A program made the position numbers and the translations under genes. The notes below the pieces were generated by a model. That model made no database searches. It was given only the letters and a program-made list of their open reading frames with translations, and had not been told where the DNA came from. 44,230 nucleotides of DNA, taken from NCBI GenBank assembly GCA_051294375.1, contig JBJCIZ010000560.1:1-44230 (forward strand), in the 5' to 3' direction. The first letter of the stretch is position 1, and every line of letters begins with the position of its first letter. The DNA comes from Paraspadella gotoi (lineage: Eukaryota; Animalia; Chaetognatha). Of the stretch, positions 13,949-25,833 are shown piece after piece.

Positions 13949-14536
13949 TGAGTCATTGGCGACAGAGAGGAAGAAACGATGAAGGTGATGGTGAAGGAGG
14001 AATAAAATCAAAGAAAGATGTATCATTTTAAACTTATTCAGCAGCATGAAATATTTAGTACTTCCGTTATTTGGAAAGCCACTCTACAAATATATTTTTT
14101 CCGATATTGTTCTTAATTTTACGGCCTGCTAAATCAATTTTTAGAGCTGATGTAATAATTTACAAGGCAATTCTTTATCGTAACCATAATTTTCTTTTTT
14201 AAATTATGTTCATATCTCTGAATGTCCCAAACAATCTTTCATCGATGCATTTGAGACTATTATTTTTTCAATACCAGTTTGGTAAGTCGAAAGAAAAATT
14301 AAAAGCGATTATATCAACCTAAATGAATATTGGTACATACGCAATTATTCAAAATTATCCATTCATTTTAATATGACTATTCTTGCGCCCTGACTTTGGA
14401 CAGGCTTTGGTGGTTTAAGACCTCCATCACTGCTTAACAAGATAATGAACATAGCAGGTCCCTGCAAAGCTTTCTATCAAAGACTCTCTCATCAGTCTAG
14501 TTTAATCAACTNNNNNNNNNNNNNNNNNNNNNNNNN

Positions 14537-14619
14537 AGATCTCACCCATGATGGTGTTGAATGGTCTTGGAAAGATGCACATCAAAAAGCATTTGAACAA
14601 CTCAGACATATTTTGATCC
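14537..14619 (+). mobile_element. Short out-of-order pol fragment (RT connection region, DLTHDGVEWSWKDAHQKAFEQLRHILI)
   Basis: Matches ~2205-2290 and ~16740-16840; lies directly after a 25-N gap. Confidence 0.85.
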
Positions 14620-14629
14620 ATGAATGATC

Positions 14630-17404
14630 GAAGATTTCCGATGAAGACCAACTAAGACGTAAGACCTAAATGGAAAGACAGAGTTCATGATAAGAGTTGA
14701 TGGAGAAAAAAGATCGCCACTCTAGGCGATACTGGGGACTTGTACTCAACAAGTTTGCCATCTAGCGAAGAAATTCTTAACGAGACAATCCTGCTATTAC
14801 AAGACTCGCAGCTTCCGCCCCCTTTTCCTCTAAGGGCAACAGCTATTAATGCGCAACTCTGTAAAACTGGTTCTCTACAGTTTACGGAACTAAATAGTTA
14901 ATGTAAAGTTTAGAATACGACAAATACTTACCTAATAAATGAACTGTAGACGTGAGTCAACAGGCTTAGTCCAGACCTATTAATTCCTAGGCCTGGGATC
15001 TTTTTCATCGAATAAATAACATCAGCACATCATTGTGCCTTCTGAAAAAAAAAAGGAGACTCACGGTTTACCTACTGGAACACAGTCAGTCTCAATTAAT
15101 AGACGGCATTCCCATCGCATTACTAGAAGATGCTATTACCTCAAGATGCCAGGAAGACACAGTTTATACCCGGCACTTATCCAAGATTCATCTTGATGCG
15201 AGCTCAAAGCTCGACAGTGAACCATGCCCACACCGAAGCAACAAAAACAATTGTCCACTGACCCATTTACTACAATCCATGAGACGGTCATGTGTGGGCT
15301 TGTAGAGCATGTGCTGACCTATGTTTGATGAGGGCAGATTCAACTGACCTGAACCTTCATACAATTGTAGTCCAAGTTAGCATGAAATTGGCAGGACTAG
15401 GACAATATCCTGTGGATACGCCGAGTTTACGGAATGATGAGAAACGCTTTGATAAATATTTTCTGTGGAAACTGATATGCTTTGCTCTTAACTCAAGTAA
15501 AGCGAAGATTCCGCTTGCACGAATATCTTGCGCGAAGAGAGCAAAAACTGGAATCGAAAGTGACTTAGAAGAGAGTTGAAGTGGATCCTCCTACAGAGAT
15601 ATACATGTTAAAGAAAAAAGCAGAAGCTTAACACCTACAAAGCCTCACCCAAGCGTGGCAAGACAATATCTCCACCAGGGACGACTTAAAACAAAGAACC
15701 TATGTCATAATAAGATATATAGAGGGCATGGACTAACAGGATAAGGCTCTCAACCCTACGAAGACAAACTTAAAACACCTCCTTGCAAGTTAAGCAATGA
15801 CAGGATAACGCATTCTCCAAACCAATACAATAGGGATTATGGAAGGACAAACTTAATACAAATAATCGAGCTAATCTCAAAGATGAGAGATGCATACCAC
15901 CTATATGCCGATCCAGCCCCATACTCGCACAAAGACCAGAGAATGCGTGATGTGAATATTAACAAGCAAGCATTCGAGCATGATCGCTGACTGGACTTAT
16001 TAGTCATTCAACCAGCCCATATTTCAGCTCCTATCTTTGCTGCGTCAGAATGAAAATCTGGTGTTGGAGATTCCTCACCGATTTTTAGAAGAAACTCCAT
16101 GTGAACGAAAGATTGCAATAAGGTTGTCTACCCACTACCAGGAATCGAAAGATTTCGAGTTCAGCCCGCCTAACGACAACCCTAAAATCATTCACTTCTC
16201 TGCGATTTAACAAAAGGTTTTTTGGCCAAATGATTCACTATCCATCCCGACGACCGCAAATTTTTTGCTTTCTCACTGAATCAATGCATTTGCGAGTACC
16301 AAGTTCGCCCCAATGGGTGCCAAATAAAAATTCCCCAAGCTGCCTTAGCTCACTCATGCAGCTCGTGCTGCGCTGGGTTGCCGCCCACAACATATCATCA
16401 GCATTACATGGAATGATATTTTGGTTGCAGACAACAACATGCGTAGGCATCACCTCAAAACACCTAGAATCAGGTGCCTGACTGCCTTGGCAAGGTGCTC
16501 GGGCTTAAGCTCACACCTCTTCAAAGTGCAAGTTTTGCGCAAGGAGTTCTGTGGCGCTATTCTTGGACAGTAAACTTTCTCGAACGGGATAGCCCCCGGA
16601 TCCTGCCAATGTGGAAAAAAATCCGTTCATGGAAAGCCCCTGAAAAACGTCAAACGCCTTAAAACATTCCTGACTTAAACGAGGAAATACTACCGCCATT
16701 ACGTTAAGGATTACAGCAAAATTGCTCAACCACTTCATGAATCCTCACCATGCATAGGGTGTTGACATTGGATCTTAGGGAAAGATTGCACATCAAAAAC
16801 GCCAAATCTTGAACAAATCTCAGATAATTATTTTGAGTCTCAGATCCAAATCATGTTCTTATCCTAATTTTGAAAAACCCTTTATTTTTAAAAGTGATGC
16901 TCTCTCCTGGCTGTTGGCTATGTTCATAACCCAGAAGATATAGATGGAAAAGAAAAGCGTCATTTCTTATGCCAGGCTTCAAAAGAAAATGCTCAAAACA
17001 CTCAACAAAAAATGGACTCCACCTCATGACTCGAGAATTTTTTTGCTCTTTTCATGTGCGCATTCGCCGCCAATTACTCATTTATTTGAGACATGCGCCA
17101 ATTTTATCGCCCAATAAAACAAGACCATAGGCCCTTACTTTCTTGCAGAAAGAAAGGTAGAATCCTAAGAAGGACCCGCTACTGGTAAGACAGGACCAGA
17201 TGTNNNNNNNNNNNNNNNNNNNNNNNNNGGGCTATTGAGCTTGATCAATACGAATTCGAGCTTTTACACAAACAAGGCAAAATACACTCTGATGCAGATG
17301 CGATGAGTAGGAGAGGCGAAGAAGATGAAGACCCTTGCGAAGAAGACGACTATGCCCTAGGAGAATATGACAACGAATGGGCTCTTTTAGGCATTGATGC
17401 GATA
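14630..17404 (+). mobile_element. Gypsy copy B: protease, RT, RNase H (indel-rich), ending at a 25-N gap
   Basis: Collinear with 240-2850: ctaggcgatactgg (LGDTG), NKNSPSCLSSLMQLVLR, tacatggaatgatattttggttg (YMDDILV with an indel), and a clean segment AIELDQYEFELLHKQGKIHSDADAMSRRGEEDED at 17231-17330. Confidence 0.92.
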
Positions 17405-17742
17405 NNNNNNNNNNNNNNNNNNNNNNNNNGATTTATATTAGGATTAAGGGGATTAGGGGTTATCGATTTTGTCATAAATTTGGTAAAATGATAAAGTTTA
17501 AATCTCAAGATTGTGAATAATAAAATCCTTTCTTTTCGTTGTTTGGGACGATTAGAGACAGTTTGAGTTTAGTTTTAACAATGATAAAATAAAATCGGTT
17601 GTCGAAACTAAAAACTGCAAACTGTCTCTAATCTCCCAGATTAAAATTAAAGCTTTAACGATTAAGATACAGAAAAAAGGGACTCTTTGGGAAAAAAAAG
17701 AGCCAAGAAATCATCAAAAACAACAACAAACAACGCAACAGC

Positions 17743-18175
17743 TGTTGGGGCGATTTATGGAGAATCGCCAGTGGGCGAAGGTGGCTCACATCATTCAGAG
17801 CGGGGTTGCATCGGGTCTCCAACGACGTCCTCCAAACTGGGTCTGTTCGGGCGGCGCGGTCGACAGAAGCAACAGTCTTATAATGTAGGATCTGAGAGAA
17901 GACAGAAGCACACAATGCCATGAGGAGACGCTTGCCTAGAACCTTGTATTCTACGTATTCTGACACTTATCATTTATCGATAACACACGGTACTCATTTC
18001 ACTGTAAAGTAAAACAGATCAATAAATGATAATTAACAACACGATAAAGACAATGTTTTATATTTAAACACAGTTTATAATGTTCGTAGTGGATCGGTTC
18101 CATCTCGATTCCATCTCGATTCCATCTCGATTCCATCTCGATTCCATCGACGTCCACACGAATTTGTCTCCAACA
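17743..18175 (-). repeat. 3' LTR of copy C
   Basis: Begins TGTTGGAGAC (18175 downward) right after the PPT (18176-18191) and ends ...CCAACA at 17743. Confidence 0.92.
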
Positions 18176-18219
18176 TTCCTTACCCCTTTCTAAATTGGTC
18201 GACCCGACCAATAGGGATC

Positions 18220-21182
18220 CTATGACGAATAACGGACGCAAAATCTCTGGACAAGCAGTGTAGTGATCGAGCGATGGAAGAGGGCGATTGATGAGGGCCG
18301 CGCGTTTCCATGGAAATTTAAACCACGCGGACAAAAGGAACCTCCGGTGATCTTTCTTGAGATTGTTTCCATTGTTGCCTCCCATCCACGTTCAGTGCAA
18401 ATGGTCTCCGCATCTACCCAGTTGGTAGGGGACCATGAGAATTCGCGTCTGAAGAAATCGAAGAGCGGAACTCTCTTGAAGGTAAGGAGGCGACAATCTG
18501 GATAGGCGTCTAGCGTCTTAATCATTCCTTTGCAGATGTCGCGATTTTTGCTGGGGCAAAATGAAAGATTTGCCAGTCGCAAAGGATTGATAAGAAATCC
18601 ACATCTGTCTTCTCTAATCCAGGCAAAGGACGATGATAGATAATTGCGAAATCTTTTGATCTAGACAGGGCCTTCTGAAAGCGTTTTAGTTCGTCCTTTT
18701 CCACAACGAGCAAACCGTCCGTTCTCTTCCCTCGCAGCCTGATAGGAAGATCATGAAGATCTTTATTGAAGGGGCTGGCACATGATGGGGAAAACGCGTC
18801 GAATTTTGCTGGAGGAAAGTTCTCACGAGGGAGAACCTCGCAATCGTAAAAGAAGAGAAGCGAGCGGCGAGTGTAACTCAGCCACGCGCGACACGCAAGC
18901 TTCGAACAGATGATTTTCACCAATCGCGATGGCTTTGCACGAGAAGTACATATCGTTCTCTTCAATCTCTCCACGCAAGAACGACTCCATGAGAATGTCG
19001 GTACGTGACTTGCAAATAATGTGGTAGTAATGGCGAGACAATGCAGTTTTGCCGCTTCAGAACAAGTTCGAATAAAACGGCCCACTCTGTAATTAGAGAA
19101 TTTGTCTTCAAAGTCGCTAATGTCTTTCAACTTCGGATAGAAACCTGTTGACCGTAATTTCAGTATGATTTGATCTTTTCGCTTGTAAGAGAGGGATACA
19201 AAACCAATAACTGAAGAAATCTCTGCCTGGTCGAACTGTAGCGCAGCAGCTTTCAGCATATTCGTGCGTCCATCGCCATTGAGGAAGTAATCCAGAATAC
19301 CATCGCAGAGCAAGAGAAATACTTCATCTGGACGAGAGAATGGAGGTGACTCGCACCGAAGATCTTGGCGTCGAGTATAGCCCCGATAAAATCGTTGAGT
19401 CGTCCGGCTGAGAAGAAACTCATCATGATGCGAGCAAGGGCGTAAGCTTTTCGCCGGTTGTTTTGTTTTCTCATAGGCATATGAGAGAGAATCCCGATCC
19501 ATGCTTTAATCCTTTCGGAAGCAGTGGGCGCTTGTCTTTTGTTCAAATACTGACGAAAGTCGGCGAGATGCATTTGACTAAGAACTTGCGCTGCTGCAAA
19601 ATCGCGGTCCGGATGTGAAGACCTTGCCTCACGCGTAGCGCGGGACGAGGACTTACGTACGGTTGATCCAGTTTTTACAACTCTAGACTTATTTTTCGAC
19701 GTTTTAGCTGGCACAGATGTTGAGGTAGGAGCAGGAATCTCGCAAACCTCCGTGGCGGAAGAGAATGAATCGAATCCGAGACCAGCGACTTTTTAACCTT
19801 GGCTGGGGGAGGCGTCATGTCAGAATTGTCGAGTTCGTCGACTTGAAACATCACGGGCGAAGAAAGGGCAGGATATTGACTAAACCGTCGGTAGGGTCAT
19901 CCTCGACGTACACGATCTCGATTCTCTTTCCTGTTCGAATTTCTTTCAATTTTATCACTGCGATTTGCTTCCTTAATCGACGCACATACTCCTCCCTCTC
20001 AGCAGTGGTCACGCGCATTCTGAAGAACGATTCGCATCTTTTAAGCGCGGCAACGCCGTGCTTTTCGAACAAGTTGCGCGGTTTGTCTTCCACATAAGCT
20101 TTCACAACGTCGAGCATGCCAATGATTGGGAAAGCCACATCGCCAATCGATCGCGAAAGGGCATCTGGTTTGAGTCCGAGCAGTCCAAGTAAGCGCTGGA
20201 CGGCATCCCTTGATGCGCGAGCATCTAATGCAGCATATGCGAGCTGTTGCGGCGAAAGTGGAGCTCGCTCTTCCGCGAAATCTGAGGTATGGTCCCGATG
20301 AAAACTTCTTTTTATCCAAGAAACGATCTTGGAAGGCGAAATTAAAGAAATACGCAAGGGAGACCTGAAACTCTCTTACCCATTGTCCTGAATGGACAAA
20401 ATGGTACAAATGACGAGGGCCTTCGGCAAGACTTTGGCACAAACCATACAGATCAGTCACTTCCAAGTATTTAACTTTGTCTGCATTGATGGAGAGTGTA
20501 CCACATAACTCTATCAAATCTTCTTTCACATTCTTGCCAGTGAAAATTACTCTTTCGTGTTGAAGCATTCTTCGTAAGTTTGTGGGTATGCCTTGGCGCA
20601 GGCAATGTTCAGCAACCGAGGATTTTAGCTGGTACACTACGTTGACTTCTTCCTTTCCAGCTTCTGCAGACAATTGAACCGTCGCGACACTTCCCTCTAT
20701 GTCGAATCCCATAAGAATATGACGAGTTGGATTGGCAAGGAGCGTATCGTAGTACGCGCCTGCCTCCCTATCGTCGGAATGGCTACGGACATGAATAATC
20801 TTGTCGACGATATAGTTTCGAGTTTAAGGCATTTACACATTTCGTTAAATTCATATTCCTGGTAGCGCGATTTTATCCGTCGTGATTGTTGCAGGAACTT
20901 TGCTTTTGAATTGAGGAATGTCGTTGATGTTGCGAGCAGCTCCTTGAGGTTTATGTCATCTGGCAACTTTATTTCTCTGACCTCGATGTCCGGCACAGAC
21001 GGTGGTGCTGAAGTCGAAGCTGGCGGGCGTGCAAGAGGAGATCTCGAGAGGCTTTGCACAGGCTGATCGACTCCGCAGGCCGTCTGAGGTGGGAGAGATG
21101 GAAGGAACCTTGCAGGTTGTCCTCTTTTGGCGCTTCTTCGCAGGGCATATAAACACTGAGTTATAGTTTTTCTTTTGCCCAT
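18220..21182 (-). CDS. Exonuclease cargo ORF, copy C (frameshifted by scattered 1-nt indels)
   Basis: ORF fragments 20697-21182, 20041-20712, 19851-20357, 19253-19714, 18522-19502 and 18220-18582 tile the 989-aa protein. Confidence 0.9.
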
Positions 21183-21734
21183 GATGAGAAAAGACTTATT
21201 TGACTGTATCTAAGAAGATATTTTGAAATCAAGTTAATTAAATTGAACAGCTCAAATCTCGTTAATAAAATCACTAACAGCAAAACCTAACAAGCTATAA
21301 AGCACTGGTTTATAAGCCAAAACAAAACAAATTGAAATATATAGAAAATGAAAGAGCCTGCAGGACTTTGTTAATTTTGAATCACATTAATTATTCTATG
21401 AATCATTCGTACTTCAGCAAAAGGAAGATCATCCATTCCAAACATGCATACAAAATAAAATTCTTGTTTTATTTAGCTCACATGGCCAATGTTGTAGTTG
21501 TTCAGTGATTCGCAAATTAGCTTGGTTTTGAGCTTATGTTGTAGTGATTGGATCCAATATTGAAGAGTTTGTTGTTAAAATCATAGCTACTTTATTTCGT
21601 GGGTTTGATGCTAAATCATATCTAGTTTATTCCATTCTAAAAACTATGTCTGGAATCATGGAATATCTATGAAACTAATTATAATTACTGATTACTCCTT
21701 GTTTTTAGGAGTACTTGCTAGCAAAGGAGTTTGC

Positions 21735-23826
21735 TTAGGTTTTTGATCTGATTCTCTCGCTTTGTCTTGTTGCAATACTTTCGGAACTACCTGATTTAGG
21801 TTTCCTTTGTAACATACTTTGTACTAATGGGTGAGGGGGTGGTTGAGTCATTCTTATGGGTATTCGGTTAGATAGATTTTCTGGAGTGGTAACTCCTCCA
21901 TTCACCAGATCGTTTTCAGTGAAAGGGGAAAAGACTTCGTCAAATGATCCTGTTCGATTTCTAGAAGAATCAATAGTAATTGTTTCCTGAGAATCGAGAA
22001 TTATTGTTTCAGAAGCATTTCGAATCTTAGTCATACTGTTACGAATAATTTGGCTTGCTTCTGTAGTACTTCTAGTTTTGGATCTTGCTCTATTTCTTGT
22101 GTTAGGCGTAGAGGTAGAACGTCTTTTAGCATGAGCTAACTTACGTCTTTGGGTTTTTCTACGGGCTTCGGCGTTTTCTTCGTCTTCATTTGGGGTAGTA
22201 TAACTCACTTCCAAAAGTATAATATCAGAACCTCTGGAGGTATGGCTTCTGATGTGGGATTCGTATCTTGTTCCGGTTCTTCGGGCAGAAGTCCACGTAA
22301 CCTCGCTGTTGCAGCTTGAAGAGCTTGAACAGCATCATCAAGTTTTTCTGATGGAAGGGCATTCTCAGTCTCTGCCAATTGGATTGTACCTTCAGCAGAT
22401 GGCTCAGCTGGTGTGGGGATATCTGAGCTCTTGTTTGATGCATTAATAACAGCAAACCAACTGACTGGGATTTAGGTTCTTCCTTTGAAAGTGGGACTTT
22501 CATCAACTCATTATATTTCGCGTTAACAATTTTTAATTGTTCCCGATTTCTACGCACTTTCTTTCCAATGTTATCTTCACAAATATAGGAGGTTCCTGGG
22601 CCTCCTTTAGGATATGTGCATCTTTCTTTGACGATTAATGGGCCACGCCATCTTGGCTCAAGCTTATTACGCCTTTCATCTGGGATACGTTCATACACTC
22701 TATCTCCAACTTCAAGGTGAGAGCCTTTAGCTTTTCTATTATGATACTCTTCTTCTTTTGTTCTTCTTTTCTTCTCTTTTGAAGATGCTTCTTCCTTAAC
22801 TAGTTCTACCTTCTTTCGCATATTTTGGACATACTCGTTTAGAGTTCTATGTTTAACTTTAACTTCGCCACCAATAGATAATTGTGGCAAAGGAGGTGGT
22901 CTTCCAAAGAAGAGTAAGAAAGGTGTCATATCATTTTTCGCAATTGATGTAGTATTATAGGTCCATTCGACATAAGGCAAATGATCTGTCCAAGACTTGC
23001 CATACTGTTGAAGGCGTTTGGTAAGATCTTTTATGAGAGTTCGGTTTTGTCTCTCAACATTGCCTTGAGATTGTGGTCGATATGCGACACTTGTACTTTT
23101 CTTGTGCCGAGGACCCTACATGTAGCGTCCATCACCTCAGAGACAAATTCTCCACCATTATCTGATGTCAAGCGTTTAGGCGGGCCTGCGAAGCAGACTA
23201 GATTCTCGAACGCTTTCGCAATGCCAATTGAATTTTTTTGTTTTTAAGTTTGTACAATTTGATATATCCAGAAAACACATCTTTGAATACCAAAACGTGT
23301 TTGAAGTTTCCAGGGGCAACTGGCAGTTGCACCAAATCGCAGATCACGTGGTCAAACACGTTATCGGCAATTATAGGTTGTAACATTGTTTTGACCTTTG
23401 TTTTGCGGTTCTCGTAATTTGTCACAAATTGCACAATTTCTGGTAAATTCTGAAATCATCGGCCAATAGTGGGCCAGATTGCATATCGTTTTATTTTATC
23501 TTGCATCCTGGTATTGCTTGGATGTCCAGACATCATAGAACCATGAGAATCCTGAAGAACTTCTTGTACAAGGCTGTCGGGTAAATACAGCCTGCAGCAC
23601 AGAGAATGGATACCTTTATTGAAGCCTTTGCGGTACAAAGCACCTCTCGAGCATGATGAATCTGTTAAAATTTCTCAAAAACCATCTCAGGAAATGATTT
23701 TGGTGGTCTTCTCTCATCCTGACGAATTCCATAACTTCAGATATGATAGAATCGGCTTCTTGCTTTTGCTTTAGGCGAGAGCTTTCAGCATTAAGCGTGA
23801 CGGCATTGGATTCATCTATCGCATCA
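21735..23826 (-). CDS. pol: pol C-terminal part: integrase (HHCC, DDE core, GPY/F-like region) and low-complexity tail
   Basis: WTDHLPYVEWTYNTT, TPFLLFFGR, LEVGDRVY, KLEPRWRGP are typical Gypsy integrase motifs; the tail ends RQSERIRSKT. Confidence 0.92.
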
Positions 23827-25833
23827 GGCCCGCCTAAACGCTTGACATCAGATAATGGTGGAGAATTTGTCTCTGAGGTGATGGACGCTACATGTAGGGT
23901 CCTCGGCACAAAGAAAAGTACAAGTGTCGCATATCGACCACAATCTCAAGGCAATGTTGTTGAGAGACAAAACCGAACTCTCATAAAAGATCTTACCAAA
24001 CGCCTTCAACAGTATGGCAAGTCTTGGACAGATCATTTGCCTTATGTCGAATGGACCTATAATACTACATCAATTGCGAAAATGATATGACACCTTTCTT
24101 ACTCTTCTTTGGAAGACCACCTCCTTTGCCACAATTATCTATTGGTGGCGAAGTTAAAGTTAAACATAGAACTCTAAACGAGTATGTCCAAAATATGCGA
24201 AAGAAGGTAGAACTAGTTAAGGAAGAAGCATCTTCAAAAGAGAAGAAAAGAAGAACAAAAGAAGAAGAGTATCATAATAGAAAAGCTAAAGGCTCTCACC
24301 TTGAAGTTGGAGATAGAGTGTATGAACGTATCCCAGATGAAAGGCGTATAAAAGCTTGAGCCAAGATGGCGTGGCCCATTAATCGTCAAAGAAAGATGCA
24401 CATATCCTAAAGGAGGCCCAGGAACCTCCTATATTTGTGAAGATAACATTGGAAAGAAAGTGCGTAGAAATCGGGAACAATTAAAAATTGTTAACGCGAA
24501 ATATAATGAGTTGATGAAAGTCCCACTTTCAAAGGAAGAACCTAAATCCCAGTCAGTTGGTTTGCTGTTATTAATGCATCAAACAAGAGCTCAGATATCC
24601 CCACACCAGCTGAGCCATCTGCTGAAGGTACAATCCAATTGGCAGAGACTGAGAATGCCCTTCCATCAGAAAACCTTGATGATGCTGTTCAAGCTCTTCA
24701 AGCTGCAACAGCGAGGTTACGTGGACTTCTGCCCGAAGAACCGGAACAAGATACGAATCCCACATCAGAAGCCATACCTCCAGAGGATTCTGATATTATA
24801 CTTTTGGAAGTGAGTTATACTACCCCAAATGAAGACGAAGAAAACGCCGAAGCCCGTAGAAAAACCCAAAGACGTAAGTTAGCTCATGCTAAAAGACGTT
24901 CTACCTCTACGCCTAACACAAGAAATAGAGCAAGATCCAAAACTAGAAGTACTACAGAAGCAAGCCAAATTATTCGTAACAGTATGACTAAGATTCGAAA
25001 TGCTTCTGAAACAATAATTCTCGATTCTCAGGAAACAATTACTATTGATTCTTCTAGAAATCGAACAGGATCATTTGACGAAGTCTTTCCCCTTTCACTG
25101 AAAACGATCTGGTGAATGGAGGAGTTACCACTCCAGAAAATCTATCTAACCGAATACCCATAAGAATGACTCAACCACCCCCTCACCCATTAGTACAAAG
25201 TATGTTACAAAGGAAACCTAAATCAGGTAGTTCCGAAAGTATTGCAACAAGACAAAGCGAGAGAATCAGATCAAAAACCTAAGCAAACTCCTTTGCTAGC
25301 AAGTACTCCTAAAAACAAGGAGTAATCAGTAATTAGTAATTAGTTTCATAGATATTCCAGGATTCCAGACATAGTTTTTAGAATGGAATAAACTAGTTAT
25401 GATTTAGCATCAAACCCACGAAATAAAGTAGCTATGATTTTACAACAAACTCTTCAATATTGGATCCAATCACTACAACATAAGCTCAAAACCAAGCTAA
25501 TTTGCGAATCACTGAACAACTACAACATTGGCCATGTGAGCTAAATAAAACAAGAATTTTATTTTGTATGCATGTTTGGAATGGATGATCTTCCTTTTGC
25601 TGAAGTACGAATGATTCATAGAATAATTAATGTGATCTCAAATTAACAAAGTCCTGCAGGCTCTTTCATTTTCTATATATTTCAATTTGTTTTGTTTTGG
25701 CTTATAAACCAGTGCTTTATAGCTTGTTAGGTTTTGCTGTTAGTGATTTTATAACGAGATTTGAGCTGTTCAATTTAATTAACTTGATTTCAAAATATCT
25801 TCTTAGATACAGTCAAATAAGTCTTTTCTCATC

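Larger units (their letters stand above)
17743..23826 (-). mobile_element. Gypsy copy C (minus): full integrase, spacer, exonuclease ORF, PPT, 3' LTR
   Basis: Reverse complement of copies D-F. Contains the integrase zinc finger (DSHGSMMSGH...CAIC) and the D,D,E residues (VICDLVQ, LTSDNGGEF, QGNVERQN). Confidence 0.95.

Noticed and set aside
12845-13956. Arg- or Ser-rich ORFs
   Set aside because: Explained by low-complexity and trinucleotide repeats; no domain evidence.
18098-18150. 11-bp tandem repeats as a CRISPR-like array
   Set aside because: Head-to-tail repeats with no spacers, inside a eukaryotic LTR, and no cas genes.
23743-24090. ORF spanning the inversion junction as a novel fusion gene
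   Set aside because: It is antisense pol joined to the integrase core at a probable assembly junction.
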